Positions 29,257 through 38,963 of a stretch of 64,000 bases of DNA are shown here, piece after piece (positions within the stretch are counted from its first letter, which is position 1; the number at the start of each line of letters is the position of its first letter). Under the pieces are notes generated by a model that saw nothing but the letters and a program-made list of their open reading frames with translations, was not told the DNA's origin and searched no databases. The stretch comes from Flavobacteriales bacterium (GTDB taxonomy: Bacteria > Bacteroidota > Bacteroidia > Flavobacteriales > UBA7312), in NCBI GenBank assembly GCA_037625715.1, contig JASJHQ010000078.1, positions 3,550-67,549 of the forward strand, in the 5' to 3' direction. Both the position numbers and the translations under genes were made by a program.

Positions 29257-29775
29257 ATGTACGCAATTGTAGAAATAGCAGGGCAACAATTCAAAATTGA
29301 AAAAGATCAACAAATCTTTGTTCATCGTCTAGATAACGAAGAAGGTTCCAAAGTTGAATTTGATAAGGTTTTATTTATCGAAAATGACGGGAAATTTAAT
29401 GTTGGCGCCCCAGTTATCAGTGGTGCAAAAGTAACTGCAAAAGTGCTTGACCACGTAAAAGGAGACAAGGTAATTGTCTTCAAAAAGAAAAGAAGAAAGG
29501 GATATAAAGTGAAAAATGGCCACCGCCAAGCTTTTACCAAAATTCTTATCGAAAAAATAGTTGAAAAAGCAGCAGCTAAAAAAGCAGCTCCTAAAGTAGA
29601 AGTTAAAGAAGCGGCTCCTAAAGCAGCTCCTAAGGCTCCAGCTAAAAAGGCAGCAGCTACTAAAGACGCAGCAAAAGCAACTCCAAAAAAAGCAGCAGCT
29701 CCAAAGGATCCAGCTAAAAAAGCAGCGGTAAAAAAGGCTCCGGCTAAAAAAGCAGCTCCAAAAAAAGCAGAATAA
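29257..29775 (+). CDS. rplU: 50S ribosomal protein L21 with 68-aa Ala/Lys/Pro-rich C-terminal extension
   Basis: The core MYAIVEIAGQQFKIEKDQ...KNGHRQAFTKILIEKI is canonical L21 (about 104 aa). It is followed by AAAKKAAPKVEVKEAAPKAAPKAPAKKAAATK...KKAAPKKAE. ATG at 29257 is preferred over the track's TTG at 29254. Confidence 0.93.
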   Translation: MYAIVEIAGQQFKIEKDQQIFVHRLDNEEGSKVEFDKVLFIENDGKFNVGAPVISGAKVTAKVLDHVKGDKVIVFKKKRRKGYKVKNGHRQAFTKILIEKIVEKAAAKKAAPKVEVKEAAPKAAPKAPAKKAAATKDAAKATPKKAAAPKDPAKKAAVKKAPAKKAAPKKAE

Positions 29776-29798
29776 TTTAACGATTAATATAAACAACC

Positions 29799-30059
29799 AT
29801 GGCTCATAAGAAAGGTGTAGGTAGTAGTAAAAACGGTAGAGAATCAGAAAGTAAACGATTAGGTGTTAAAATCTTCGGAGGACAACTAGCAATTGCTGGA
29901 AACATTATTATTCGTCAAAGAGGAACAAAACACCATCCAGGTGAAAACGTTGGAATTGGTAAAGATCATACTCTATTTGCTTTAACTGATGGAACTGTAA
30001 AATTCATTAAAAAGAAGAATAATAAATCTTATGTTTCGGTTGATACTATTGTAAACTAA
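29799..30059 (+). CDS. rpmA: 50S ribosomal protein L27
   Basis: 86 aa: [29 protein letters not shown]...[12 protein letters not shown]. Confidence 0.97.
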   Translation: MAHKKGVGSSKNGRESESKRLGVKIFGGQLAIAGNIIIRQRGTKHHPGENVGIGKDHTLFALTDGTVKFIKKKNNKSYVSVDTIVN

Positions 30060-30081
30060 CACATAAAGAAATTTAATATAT

Positions 30082-30120
30082 AAAAACTCTTGGCTTTCTT
30101 TAAGTCAAGAGTTTTTTTTT
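30082..30120 (+). terminator. Rho-independent terminator after rpmA
   Basis: aaaaaCTCTTGGC-(9 nt loop)-GTCAAGAGttttttttt: an 8-bp stem including one G-U pair, followed by a 9-T run. Confidence 0.75.
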
Positions 30121-30132
30121 GAATTAGATTAT

Positions 30133-30140
30133 TACTTTTG
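30133..30140 (+). promoter_or_regulatory. Candidate -7 promoter box (TACTTTTG) for serS
   Basis: TACTTTTG matches TAnnTTTG, 23 nt upstream of the serS ATG. Confidence 0.4.
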
Positions 30141-30162
30141 TAACAAGGAAATTATAAACGAT

Positions 30163-31434
30163 ATGCTGACGGTAAATTATATTAGAGAGAATAAAAAAGA
30201 TGCTATTGAAAGATTGGCGGTTAGACAGTTTGACGCTAGTCAAATTTTAGATGACGTAATTTTAAAAGATGACATCAGAAAAAAAACCCAATCTGAGTTA
30301 GATGAAACATTGGCTCAATCTAATCAATTAGCTAAAATGATTGGAGGGTTTTATAAAAGTGGAGAAGCAGCAAAAGCGGAAGAAGCTAAAAAAGAAACCG
30401 CACAGCTGAAAATCAAAAGCAAAGAGTTAAGTGATTTGTTAAGTTCTTGCACTAAAGAATTAAACGAATTATTATTTCTAATACCTAACCTACCTCACCA
30501 TAGCGTTCCTAAAGGGAAAACGCCAGAAGACAATCAGCAAATTAGTCAGGAAAATGAATTTCCAGAATTAGGAGAACATGCATTGCCTCACTGGGATTTA
30601 GCTGCAAAATATGACCTAATAGACTTTGAACTTGGAAACAAAATTACAGGAGCAGGATTTCCGGTATATAAAGGCAAGGGTGCTAAACTTCAGCGAGCAT
30701 TAATAAATTACTTCTTAGACAAAAATACTGAAGTGGGTTACAAAGAAGTCCAAGTTCCTCACCTAGTAAATCAGGATAGTGGCTTTGGAACAGGACAACT
30801 TCCTGACAAAGAAGGACAAATGTATTATGTAAACGAAGACGACTTGTATTTAATTCCTACAGCCGAAGTTCCTATCACTAATATTTTTAGAAACGAAATT
30901 GTAAAAGAAAGTGACTTCCCTATTAAGTATACAGGATATACTCCTTGCTTTAGAAGAGAAGCAGGTTCTTATGGAAAAGATGTAAGAGGACTAAATAGAC
31001 TACATCAATTTGATAAAGTAGAAATTGTTCAGGTAGAAAATCCAGAAAAATCTTACCAGACCCTAGACGAAATGGTTGCTCATGTAACACATCTTCTTAG
31101 AGAATTAGAGCTGCCATTTAGAGTTCTGAAACTTTGCGGTGGAGACATGAGCTTTACTTCTGCACTAACTTTTGACATGGAAGTATATTCTGGAGCTCAA
31201 GAAAGATGGCTAGAGGTAAGTTCTGTGTCTAATTTTGAATCGTACCAAGCAAACAGACTTAAGTTAAGGTATAAAGATAAAGATCAAAAAAATCAGCTAT
31301 GCCACACCTTAAACGGAAGTGCTTTGGCTTTACCTAGAATTGTTGCTTGTATTTTAGAGAACAATCAACACCAAAACGGAATTAAAATTCCAAAAGTATT
31401 AATCCCTTATACTGGATTTGATGAAATTAACTAG
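30163..31434 (+). CDS. serS: Seryl-tRNA synthetase
   Basis: 423 aa. N-terminal coiled-coil arm and class II motifs (YTPCFRREAGSYGKDVRGLNRLHQFDKVE; GSALALPR). Confidence 0.96.
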   Translation: MLTVNYIRENKKDAIERLAVRQFDASQILDDVILKDDIRKKTQSELDETLAQSNQLAKMIGGFYKSGEAAKAEEAKKETAQLKIKSKELSDLLSSCTKELNELLFLIPNLPHHSVPKGKTPEDNQQISQENEFPELGEHALPHWDLAAKYDLIDFELGNKITGAGFPVYKGKGAKLQRALINYFLDKNTEVGYKEVQVPHLVNQDSGFGTGQLPDKEGQMYYVNEDDLYLIPTAEVPITNIFRNEIVKESDFPIKYTGYTPCFRREAGSYGKDVRGLNRLHQFDKVEIVQVENPEKSYQTLDEMVAHVTHLLRELELPFRVLKLCGGDMSFTSALTFDMEVYSGAQERWLEVSSVSNFESYQANRLKLRYKDKDQKNQLCHTLNGSALALPRIVACILENNQHQNGIKIPKVLIPYTGFDEIN

Positions 31435-31951
31435 ACTCATAGTTTCTATAATTTGTTATGCGTGTTTAACATCATGCAACAACGACTTTAGCAGCCAGCT
31501 AAGCACCATAAGCGAGCTTTCGACAAACTATACCTCGTTAGAAGAAAAGGTGCTGGAAATTGATTTAAAAGAAAGCGCTGAGCAGTTAAAGAAATACGAA
31601 ACTACTATTGAAGACTTCAAACTACTTTTAAACAAAGACAAAAGACCGTCTAAAGAAACAACCAGTTTCATAAATGAGTTTAGAACTATTAAAAAGACCT
31701 TTAAAAAAGTTCCTAAAACAGTTTCTTATTTAAAAAGCAACATCAAAGAAAATACCGCTCAACTCAAAAATTTAGAGATTGATATAAACAAAAATGTTTT
31801 TAAGCATGAGGAGTTGTCTAAAATCATTGATGAAGAAGAAAAAGTTTTTCGAAATTTAGACCAAAAACATACTAAACTAACATTAGAAATTAAGAATCAG
31901 TTAGAGAAATTTGATAGCCTTCTTATTCTAAGTACCAATATGAAATTCTAG
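31421..31951 (+). CDS. Hypothetical coiled-coil lipoprotein
   Basis: Signal plus lipobox MKLTRLIVSIICYACLTSCNN; the rest is Lys/Glu-rich predicted helix. ATG at 31421 (the track uses TTG at 31418). It overlaps the serS 3' end. Confidence 0.55.
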   Translation: MKLTRLIVSIICYACLTSCNNDFSSQLSTISELSTNYTSLEEKVLEIDLKESAEQLKKYETTIEDFKLLLNKDKRPSKETTSFINEFRTIKKTFKKVPKTVSYLKSNIKENTAQLKNLEIDINKNVFKHEELSKIIDEEEKVFRNLDQKHTKLTLEIKNQLEKFDSLLILSTNMKF

Positions 31952-33747
31952 TGAAAAACACTTTATCCTTACTTGTTATTTGTCTTTGTACCCAACTAAG
32001 CTTTGGCCAAATATTTAAAGACTTACAGCTAGCAAACTCTTACAGCAAGAATGGAGAATGTGAAAAAGCTATCACTATTTACAAAAAACTAAATAAATCC
32101 AGCGATCAACTACAATCGTTTTATAAAAATTATTTCGATTGCCTTCTGAAGGAAGAAAAATTTAATGATGCTATTTTACTTGCAAAAAAAATGCAAAAAA
32201 AATCAAGCACCTCACCCATTTACCTCTGCGATATTGGAATAGTTTATAAAGCCAAAGGGAATGATGCTTTAGCCACAAGAACATTTAACAGATGCTTAGA
32301 AAAATTACAAAAAGCTAAGCTTAATGATATATATACTTTAGCAAGAAAATGGTCCAATATTGGAGAAAACGAATTAGCAATTGAAGCATATTTAAAAGGT
32401 CAAGAAATTTTTCCAAAGCAAGAATTCGGTTTTCAGCTAGCAAACGCATACAGAAGTATGGGGAAAACAGAAAAAATGATTGATACTTACATCGATCTAA
32501 TCATCAAAAAACCTTCTAACAAACGCAATATTCAAATTACATTACAAAACACTCTGGGAAGAACAAAGACCTCAGATAGCTACAAAATACTTAAAGACAA
32601 GCTACTTCTAAGCATCCAAAAAAACAGCAACATTGACCTTATGGAAATGTTAGTCTGGCTTCTTATAGAATCTGAAAATTATGGATTGGCGTTTACCTAC
32701 ACTAAAGCAATTGATAAACAGATTGATGGAGATGGATCTAAAATTTATAACTTAGGGGAACTAGCTCATCAAAACAGCCAATATCAAGTAGCTATAAAAT
32801 GCTATCAATACTTAATTGATAAAAACTCGATCTTCTCTACAAACGCTAAAATTTTAAAACTAATAGCTTTAAGCGAACAAACATTAGAAAGCGAATACTC
32901 GACTATAGATTTACAAAATTTAAAAACTAAATATCAAGCAATTTTTAACGAAATAGGAGAAAACGAATCAACATCCTTTTTAATGAAAGAATATGCGAAT
33001 TTAAACGCCTACTACTTAAATGATTTAGAACTAAGTAAAGAGATTTTAAACAAATGCATTGAAGTAACTTCAAAAGGAGAAATTCAAGCTCAGTGCAAGC
33101 TTATGTTAGCTGATATTTACGTTATAGAAGATAAAGAATGGGATGCTATTCTAACCTACTCCCAAGTAGATAGCGAATACAAACAAAGTCCGCTTGGAGC
33201 AGAAGCTAAATTTAGAAGAGCAAAAATATCATATTATCAAGGAGATTTCGAATGGGCACAAGCCCAACTAGACGTTTTAAAAGCATCTACATCTAAACTT
33301 ATCGCAAACAATGCGATGCAGTTATCTTTACTTATCACCGACAATTTAGGATTGGATACTTCTGAGGCTGCAATGCAACTATACTCAAGAGCAGAACTTC
33401 TAGAGCAACAAAACAAATGGCAAGAATGCCATACATTATTAGACAGCCTAAGCAACACTTATAAAAGCCATACTTTAATAGATGAAGTGATTTTTAAGAA
33501 AGCTAAGATTTTCGAAAAAGAGAAAAAATATGAACTAGCTTCCATTCAATACCAAAAAGTAGCTCAAGATTTTTCATTTGACATATTAGCCGACGACGCA
33601 TTATACAGAAGAGCGATATTAATGGAAGAAAAGCTAAACAACGAAGAATTAGCCCAAGAACTCTACGAAAAAATATTGCTTGATCATCCGGATTCTATTT
33701 TCACAGTTGATGCCAGAAAACGATACAGAAAATTAAGAGAAGAATAA
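31951..33747 (+). CDS. Secreted tetratricopeptide-repeat protein
   Basis: 598 aa. GTG start overlaps the upstream TAG. Signal peptide MKNTLSLLVICLCTQLSFGQ. Multiple TPR-like helix pairs (..AIEAYLKGQEIFP.., ..LYEKILLDHPDS..). Confidence 0.65.
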   Translation: MKNTLSLLVICLCTQLSFGQIFKDLQLANSYSKNGECEKAITIYKKLNKSSDQLQSFYKNYFDCLLKEEKFNDAILLAKKMQKKSSTSPIYLCDIGIVYKAKGNDALATRTFNRCLEKLQKAKLNDIYTLARKWSNIGENELAIEAYLKGQEIFPKQEFGFQLANAYRSMGKTEKMIDTYIDLIIKKPSNKRNIQITLQNTLGRTKTSDSYKILKDKLLLSIQKNSNIDLMEMLVWLLIESENYGLAFTYTKAIDKQIDGDGSKIYNLGELAHQNSQYQVAIKCYQYLIDKNSIFSTNAKILKLIALSEQTLESEYSTIDLQNLKTKYQAIFNEIGENESTSFLMKEYANLNAYYLNDLELSKEILNKCIEVTSKGEIQAQCKLMLADIYVIEDKEWDAILTYSQVDSEYKQSPLGAEAKFRRAKISYYQGDFEWAQAQLDVLKASTSKLIANNAMQLSLLITDNLGLDTSEAAMQLYSRAELLEQQNKWQECHTLLDSLSNTYKSHTLIDEVIFKKAKIFEKEKKYELASIQYQKVAQDFSFDILADDALYRRAILMEEKLNNEELAQELYEKILLDHPDSIFTVDARKRYRKLREE

Positions 33748-33748
33748 A

Positions 33749-34054
33749 ATGATAATATACAACGTAACTATAAGCATTCAAGACTCTTCAATAGAACAAG
33801 AATGGCTACAATGGATGAAACAAATTCATGTTCCTGATGTAATGAAAACAAATAAGTTTTTAGAATATAAGATATGCAAAGTACTTATTGACGATGAAAG
33901 CACTTACGCTATTCAGTACAGTTGTAAAGATCAAGAAACATTAAACGATTATTTAGAAAATGATGCTCCAAAATTAATGGACGAGCACAACCAAAAATTC
34001 AGAGGAAAGTTTGGGGCATTCCGAACTTTTTTACAGCTTATAGAACAAGGATAA
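33749..34054 (+). CDS. DUF4286-family small protein
   Basis: 101 aa. MIIYNVTISIQDSSIEQEWLQWMKQIHVPDVM... matches my recollection of the Bacteroidota DUF4286 pattern. Confidence 0.6.
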   Translation: MIIYNVTISIQDSSIEQEWLQWMKQIHVPDVMKTNKFLEYKICKVLIDDESTYAIQYSCKDQETLNDYLENDAPKLMDEHNQKFRGKFGAFRTFLQLIEQG

Positions 34055-34055
34055 T

Positions 34056-34826
34056 ATGAGCAAAAAAGTATCTGCAAAAAAACATCTTGGTCAACATTTT
34101 CTTAACGACCTACAAATAGCAAAAGACATCGCAGATGCTCTTAGCATTGACAATTATAAAAATGTACTAGAAATCGGCCCAGGAATGGGTGTTCTAACTC
34201 AATTTATTATAAATAAAGATATCGACTTAAAAGTTGTTGAGATTGACAGAGAGTCTGTTAAATATTTAGAGAGCAATTTTTCAATCGATCCAGAAAATAT
34301 CATTGGAGGTGACTTTTTAAAACTAGAGTTAGAAGAACTATTTGAAACACCATTTGCTTTAATAGGAAACTTCCCTTATAACATTTCATCTCAAATACTA
34401 TTTAAAGCCCTAGACTACAAAGAAATTATTCCCGAGATAGTTGGTATGTTTCAGAAGGAAGTTGCTGAAAGAGTAGTTTCAGGACCTGGAACAAAAAAAT
34501 ACGGAATTATAAGTGTTTTACTTCAAACATATTATGACGGAGAATATTTATTTACTGTAAATGAAGACGTATTTACACCAGCTCCTAAAGTTAAATCAGG
34601 AGTTATTCGTTTAAAAAGAAACAAAAGAACAAAATTAGAATGCGATGAATCATTTTATATAAAAGTAGTAAAAGGGGCATTCGGACAAAGAAGAAAGACT
34701 TTGAGAAATGCTTTAAAAAGCATTACATTGCCATTGAATATAACCGAATTTCCATTCCAGGAAAAGCGTGCGGAACAACTTAGCGTTGCAGACTTTATTT
34801 TACTAACTCAACATTTTGAGCAATGA
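34056..34826 (+). CDS. rsmA: 16S rRNA (adenine1518/1519-N6)-dimethyltransferase
   Basis: 256 aa. Motifs LGQHFL, the SAM motif LEIGPGMGVLT, and GNFPYNISS. Confidence 0.95.
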   Translation: MSKKVSAKKHLGQHFLNDLQIAKDIADALSIDNYKNVLEIGPGMGVLTQFIINKDIDLKVVEIDRESVKYLESNFSIDPENIIGGDFLKLELEELFETPFALIGNFPYNISSQILFKALDYKEIIPEIVGMFQKEVAERVVSGPGTKKYGIISVLLQTYYDGEYLFTVNEDVFTPAPKVKSGVIRLKRNKRTKLECDESFYIKVVKGAFGQRRKTLRNALKSITLPLNITEFPFQEKRAEQLSVADFILLTQHFEQ

Positions 34827-36172
34827 AATTCAATTTAACAAGAAAATTTATAGATCAGCTTTCTGCTCTTATAAAAGAAGATAAGCCTAATAAAGTTCTT
34901 GGACTTGTTCGTGATTTACACTGTGCCGATATAGCCGAAATATTTGAAGAAATTGAATTTAAAAAATCGGCGTACATCTATAATTTGTTAGATGATGACT
35001 TAGGTGCAGATGTATTAGTAGAACTAGATGATGATATAAGAGAGAGTCTATTAAAAACATTGTCTCCAAAAGAAATTGCCGAAGATGTAATTGAGAACTT
35101 AGAATCTGATGATGCAGCTGATATCGTATCTGACCTTCCTCAAGAAAAAAAAGAAGAAGTTCTTTCTCACATCGAAGACGTCTCTCACGCCAGTGATATT
35201 GCCGATCTTTTAAAATATACCGAAGACTCTGCCGGAGGTCTAATGGCAAAAGAATTTATTTCTGTTAAAACCAACTGGTCAATTACCCAGTGTATTAAAG
35301 AAATGCGTAAACAAGCCGAAGAAGTTAAGTTTGTTTATACGATTTATGTAGTAGATGAAAACAACATTTTGAAAGGGACATTATCTCTTAAGAAGCTATT
35401 GTTTTCGAATGCAAAAACAATAATGTCTGACATAATGAAAAGCGACATTATAATGATAAATGCCAATAAAGACCAAGAGGATGTAGCAAATGTCATGAAT
35501 AAATATGACCTAGTTGCACTTCCAGTCGTTAACGAACTTGGCCAATTAATTGGAAGAATTACTGCTGATGATGTCATGGATATCATGAAAGAAGAAGCTG
35601 AAAAAGATTACCAAATGGCATCTGGAATATCAGACGATGTAGAATCTAATGATAGTATAGTCGAAATTACTAAAGCTAGATTGCCTTGGTTATTAATAGG
35701 ATTAATAGGTGGGCTAATTGGAGCAAAAGTGATTGGAATATTTGATATCGAAAAAAATTACGAAATGGCATTCTTCATTCCACTAATTGCTGCGATGGGC
35801 GGAAATGTAGGAGTTCAATCAGCTGCAATTGTAGTACAAGGACTAGCCGGCGGCTCTGTTTCAATAGTAAGCATGTGGAGTCGACTAATCAAAGAATTAG
35901 GAGTTGCAATTGTTAACGGATTGATTTGTTCCTTAATTATTTTAATAGCAACCTATAGCTTAGGATATGACATGGCAATGAGCATAACGGTAAGCATCTC
36001 CTTATTTGCTGTTATTATTTTCGCAGCCTTATTCGGCACTTTTGTACCACTTACCTTAGAGAAATACAACATTGATCCTGCACTAGCGACTGGGCCATTT
36101 ATAACAACTGTAAACGACGTATTAGGATTGTTCATTTACTTTTTAATAGGTCAGATGATACTTGGTTTATGA
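34823..36172 (+). CDS. mgtE: Magnesium transporter MgtE
   Basis: 449 aa. MgtE N-domain, a CBS pair, and the C-terminal 5-TM channel with PLIAAMGGNVGVQS. ATGA overlap with rsmA. Confidence 0.93.
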   Translation: MKFNLTRKFIDQLSALIKEDKPNKVLGLVRDLHCADIAEIFEEIEFKKSAYIYNLLDDDLGADVLVELDDDIRESLLKTLSPKEIAEDVIENLESDDAADIVSDLPQEKKEEVLSHIEDVSHASDIADLLKYTEDSAGGLMAKEFISVKTNWSITQCIKEMRKQAEEVKFVYTIYVVDENNILKGTLSLKKLLFSNAKTIMSDIMKSDIIMINANKDQEDVANVMNKYDLVALPVVNELGQLIGRITADDVMDIMKEEAEKDYQMASGISDDVESNDSIVEITKARLPWLLIGLIGGLIGAKVIGIFDIEKNYEMAFFIPLIAAMGGNVGVQSAAIVVQGLAGGSVSIVSMWSRLIKELGVAIVNGLICSLIILIATYSLGYDMAMSITVSISLFAVIIFAALFGTFVPLTLEKYNIDPALATGPFITTVNDVLGLFIYFLIGQMILGL

Positions 36173-37104
36173 AAATTCTTTTTATCGACAAGGTACACCC
36201 CAAACTACAAGAACTTCTTGAAAATAATGGGCATTATTGCCAACTAGCATATAACCAAAGTCAAAAAGAAATAATAGAAATTATTGCAGGTTTTGACGGA
36301 ATAGTTATTCGTTCACGTTTTAAAATTGATAAAGATTTCTTGGCTCATTGCACTAAACTTAAATTTATTGCTAGAGCAGGTTCTGGGATGGAAAACATCG
36401 ACAGCCAACAAGCCAAAATTCAAGATATAAAACTATTTAATGCGCCAGAAGGTAATAGACAGGCTGTTGCAGAACATTGCCTAGCAATGCTTTTAAATCT
36501 GTTTAATCACATTTCAAGATCTGACAAACAGGTGCGAAATGGAATTTGGAACAGAGAGCAAAATAGAGGTGTCGAATTGAGCGGAAAGACTGTAGCTATT
36601 ATAGGCTACGGAAACAATGGCTCAGCATTTGCTAAAGCATTATCTGGCTTTGATTGTAACGTCATAGCTTATGACAAATACTTGGAAAATATAAATAGCC
36701 AATATGCAGTTCAAAAAGAAATGTCTGACATTTATAATAAGGCTGATGTAGTAAGCCTACACGTTCCTTTAACAGACGAAACTAATTATTTGGTTAATAA
36801 AGAATTTATAGACTCCTTTAAAAAACCATTTTATCTCATTAATACTGCAAGAGGTAAATGCGCCAACACAAAAGACATAGTTAATGCACTAGACTCCAAA
36901 AAAATATTAGGATTATGTTTAGATGTTCAGGAATACGAAAAATTATCTTTCGAATCAATAGACCAAATACCATCTGATTTAAAGAAAATATTAGAATCGG
37001 AAAAAGCCATCTTCTCCCCTCATATAGCAGGATGGACACAAGAAAGCAACCAAAAAATTTCTGAGGTCCTCTTCCAAAAAATTACAGATTCTTTCCCATC
37101 ATAA
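36169..37104 (+). CDS. D-isomer-specific 2-hydroxyacid dehydrogenase family (phosphoglycerate dehydrogenase-like)
   Basis: 311 aa. NAD motif IIGYGNNGSAFAKAL, the R..G region NTARGK, and the catalytic His in PHIAGWT. Confidence 0.8.
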   Translation: MKILFIDKVHPKLQELLENNGHYCQLAYNQSQKEIIEIIAGFDGIVIRSRFKIDKDFLAHCTKLKFIARAGSGMENIDSQQAKIQDIKLFNAPEGNRQAVAEHCLAMLLNLFNHISRSDKQVRNGIWNREQNRGVELSGKTVAIIGYGNNGSAFAKALSGFDCNVIAYDKYLENINSQYAVQKEMSDIYNKADVVSLHVPLTDETNYLVNKEFIDSFKKPFYLINTARGKCANTKDIVNALDSKKILGLCLDVQEYEKLSFESIDQIPSDLKKILESEKAIFSPHIAGWTQESNQKISEVLFQKITDSFPS

Positions 37105-38856
37105 AATCAAGATTTTATGATTTTCTACTTTATCATCTTTTTCAATTTGCAAGAAATAAATGCCTTTTTGAAAATAATGAACATCAATTTTTAAATCTGA
37201 TTTAGTTGATTTTTTATCTATATAAATACGACCTAAAGAATCGAAGATCTGATAGCTATATTGTAAATTATTATTTTCTGGATTAGAAATAAACAAATAA
37301 TGTTTAACCGGATTTGGAAAAACTGAAAATCCAAATGATGCATTATTAGGTATAGAAACATCAGCAGTATCACAATCCACAAAATCAAGCGAGATAGTAT
37401 CAGAACTAACGCAACCAAACTGGCTAGTGTGCTCTAAAGAAATTAAAGAGCTAGAAAAAGATGAAATCTGAGAAGTGCTATCACCAGTCGACCACTGAAA
37501 AAATCCATCATTAAAATTGGAAATAATCAAGACTGTATCTCCCAAGCATTGCTCTAAATCAGCTCCTAAGTCAATATCAATACTTTGCGACACAACAATA
37601 GAATCGGAAAGAAAACATCCTGTAGAATCCTGAACTAATAAACTTAAAACACCTGCTTGTGACAATGAAGTTTGAAAGCTAGAATCTCCGTTAGACCAGC
37701 TATATGAATTAAAAAAGTTAGGGACTTCGATAAACAAAGTGTCGTTATTACAAAGGGTAATATCCAATCCTAGATCAAGCGTATTTATATTGGTGTTAAC
37801 CAATAAAGAATCGGACTGACATTGATTAAACACTATTAATTGAAATACGGAATCTTGCTGAACAATTGTAGTCCAATTAACGCTCGAAGTGTCATTAAAA
37901 AAATCGCCATTGAAATCAATCGCTTGTAATTCAATAGAATCCCCAATACAAGAATTAAAAACAAGATCTGAAATAATTAAAGAATCAAATTCAATAAATG
38001 TATCCATTAGCTCAATAGAGTCTGTAAAAGTTTGACCATCATTAATAGCATCTAGCCAACAATTAATCGTGAAATCCCCTTCAAATAAAAACAATACAGA
38101 ATCTTGAAATACATACTCAAAAATAGAATCAGAAGAAATGGACTGAAATAAAGAATCGCTATAAATAGAACTCTGAAAAGAATAAGAAATTATAAAGGTG
38201 TCCAAAGCTGCATCAGAAGTGTTAGTAAATTGGATCGAAAGCTCTTGAGAACCAAAAGACTGACATTGAGTTTCTATTAAAATATTATTTAACTCAATAG
38301 AAAAAGCGCAAGGGGTATTTTGAGTATTTAAAAGGCCTATACTATTCGGAATTGGACCAGTCCACAAAGTGTCAACAAAACTAGAATTAAGTCCAAGAAA
38401 CTGCAAAGAAGAACCAACAGCAGAACTGGATTCTACAACGGAAATCTGTGAGGGTGAATCTCCAGCAAAAGGACCATCGATTGCAACAAAACTTCCTTCA
38501 TAACTTAAAAACTGCAATTTAGAATTGGTACAATTATTATATAAAGCTATTGCCTCAACACTATTTTGAATAGATGGCTTGCTAAACCATAAAGCTCCGT
38601 AATCACATAATTGATTTGGAATTATTCCTTGTAATATTTCTTGGCTATAAATTAAACCATTACTTCCGTTATATAAATAAATAGTATAACAACTAAGATC
38701 AGTTCCAGCTATACCAGAAATTTCAAAACCTTCTAAAGTGTCACCACCAATGTTATCATAATGAAATTCACTTATAAATACGGAGTCAATAGTTTGAGAA
38801 TGAGAAGATAGTACGATAGCAAAGACCATACTAAATAGTAGAATTAAGTTTTTCAT
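37099..38856 (-). CDS. T9SS-sorted secreted protein: lamin-tail-like (LTD) domain + two Cys-containing repeats + type A C-terminal sorting domain
   Basis: 585 aa. Signal peptide MKNLILLFSMVFAIVLSSHSQ. LTD-like ISEFHYDNIGGDTLEGFEISG...LSYEG. Two repeats of about 60 aa (DLGLDITLCNNDT..YSWSNGDSS.. and DLGADLEQCLGDT..FQWSTGDST..). C-terminus FSVFPNPVKHYLFI...GIYFLQIEKDDKVENHKILIL is a typical T9SS CTD. Confidence 0.8.
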   Translation of the reverse strand: MKNLILLFSMVFAIVLSSHSQTIDSVFISEFHYDNIGGDTLEGFEISGIAGTDLSCYTIYLYNGSNGLIYSQEILQGIIPNQLCDYGALWFSKPSIQNSVEAIALYNNCTNSKLQFLSYEGSFVAIDGPFAGDSPSQISVVESSSAVGSSLQFLGLNSSFVDTLWTGPIPNSIGLLNTQNTPCAFSIELNNILIETQCQSFGSQELSIQFTNTSDAALDTFIISYSFQSSIYSDSLFQSISSDSIFEYVFQDSVLFLFEGDFTINCWLDAINDGQTFTDSIELMDTFIEFDSLIISDLVFNSCIGDSIELQAIDFNGDFFNDTSSVNWTTIVQQDSVFQLIVFNQCQSDSLLVNTNINTLDLGLDITLCNNDTLFIEVPNFFNSYSWSNGDSSFQTSLSQAGVLSLLVQDSTGCFLSDSIVVSQSIDIDLGADLEQCLGDTVLIISNFNDGFFQWSTGDSTSQISSFSSSLISLEHTSQFGCVSSDTISLDFVDCDTADVSIPNNASFGFSVFPNPVKHYLFISNPENNNLQYSYQIFDSLGRIYIDKKSTKSDLKIDVHYFQKGIYFLQIEKDDKVENHKILIL

Positions 38857-38963
38857 GGATAAATATTAATTTATAATTATTAAAATTATAAAAAAAATGA
38901 TAGAAATCAAAAAAAAGAAGTGAAAGTTAAACAAGAAAATCTAAAACTCACAGAAAAAAATTC

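Noticed and set aside
29371-29796. 141-aa Cys/Phe/Ser-rich minus-strand ORF (and 29322-29540) opposite rplU
   Set aside because: It is generated by the reverse complement of the gct/aaa/gca repeat that encodes the L21 tail. It is extreme low complexity, and the sense strand encodes a canonical ribosomal protein.
34959-35249. 96-aa minus-strand ORF with His/Leu repeats inside mgtE (also 35344-35586 and 35953-36135)
   Set aside because: These are antisense to the acidic N-domain of MgtE (GAT/GAA-rich), which produces a mirror-image artefact.
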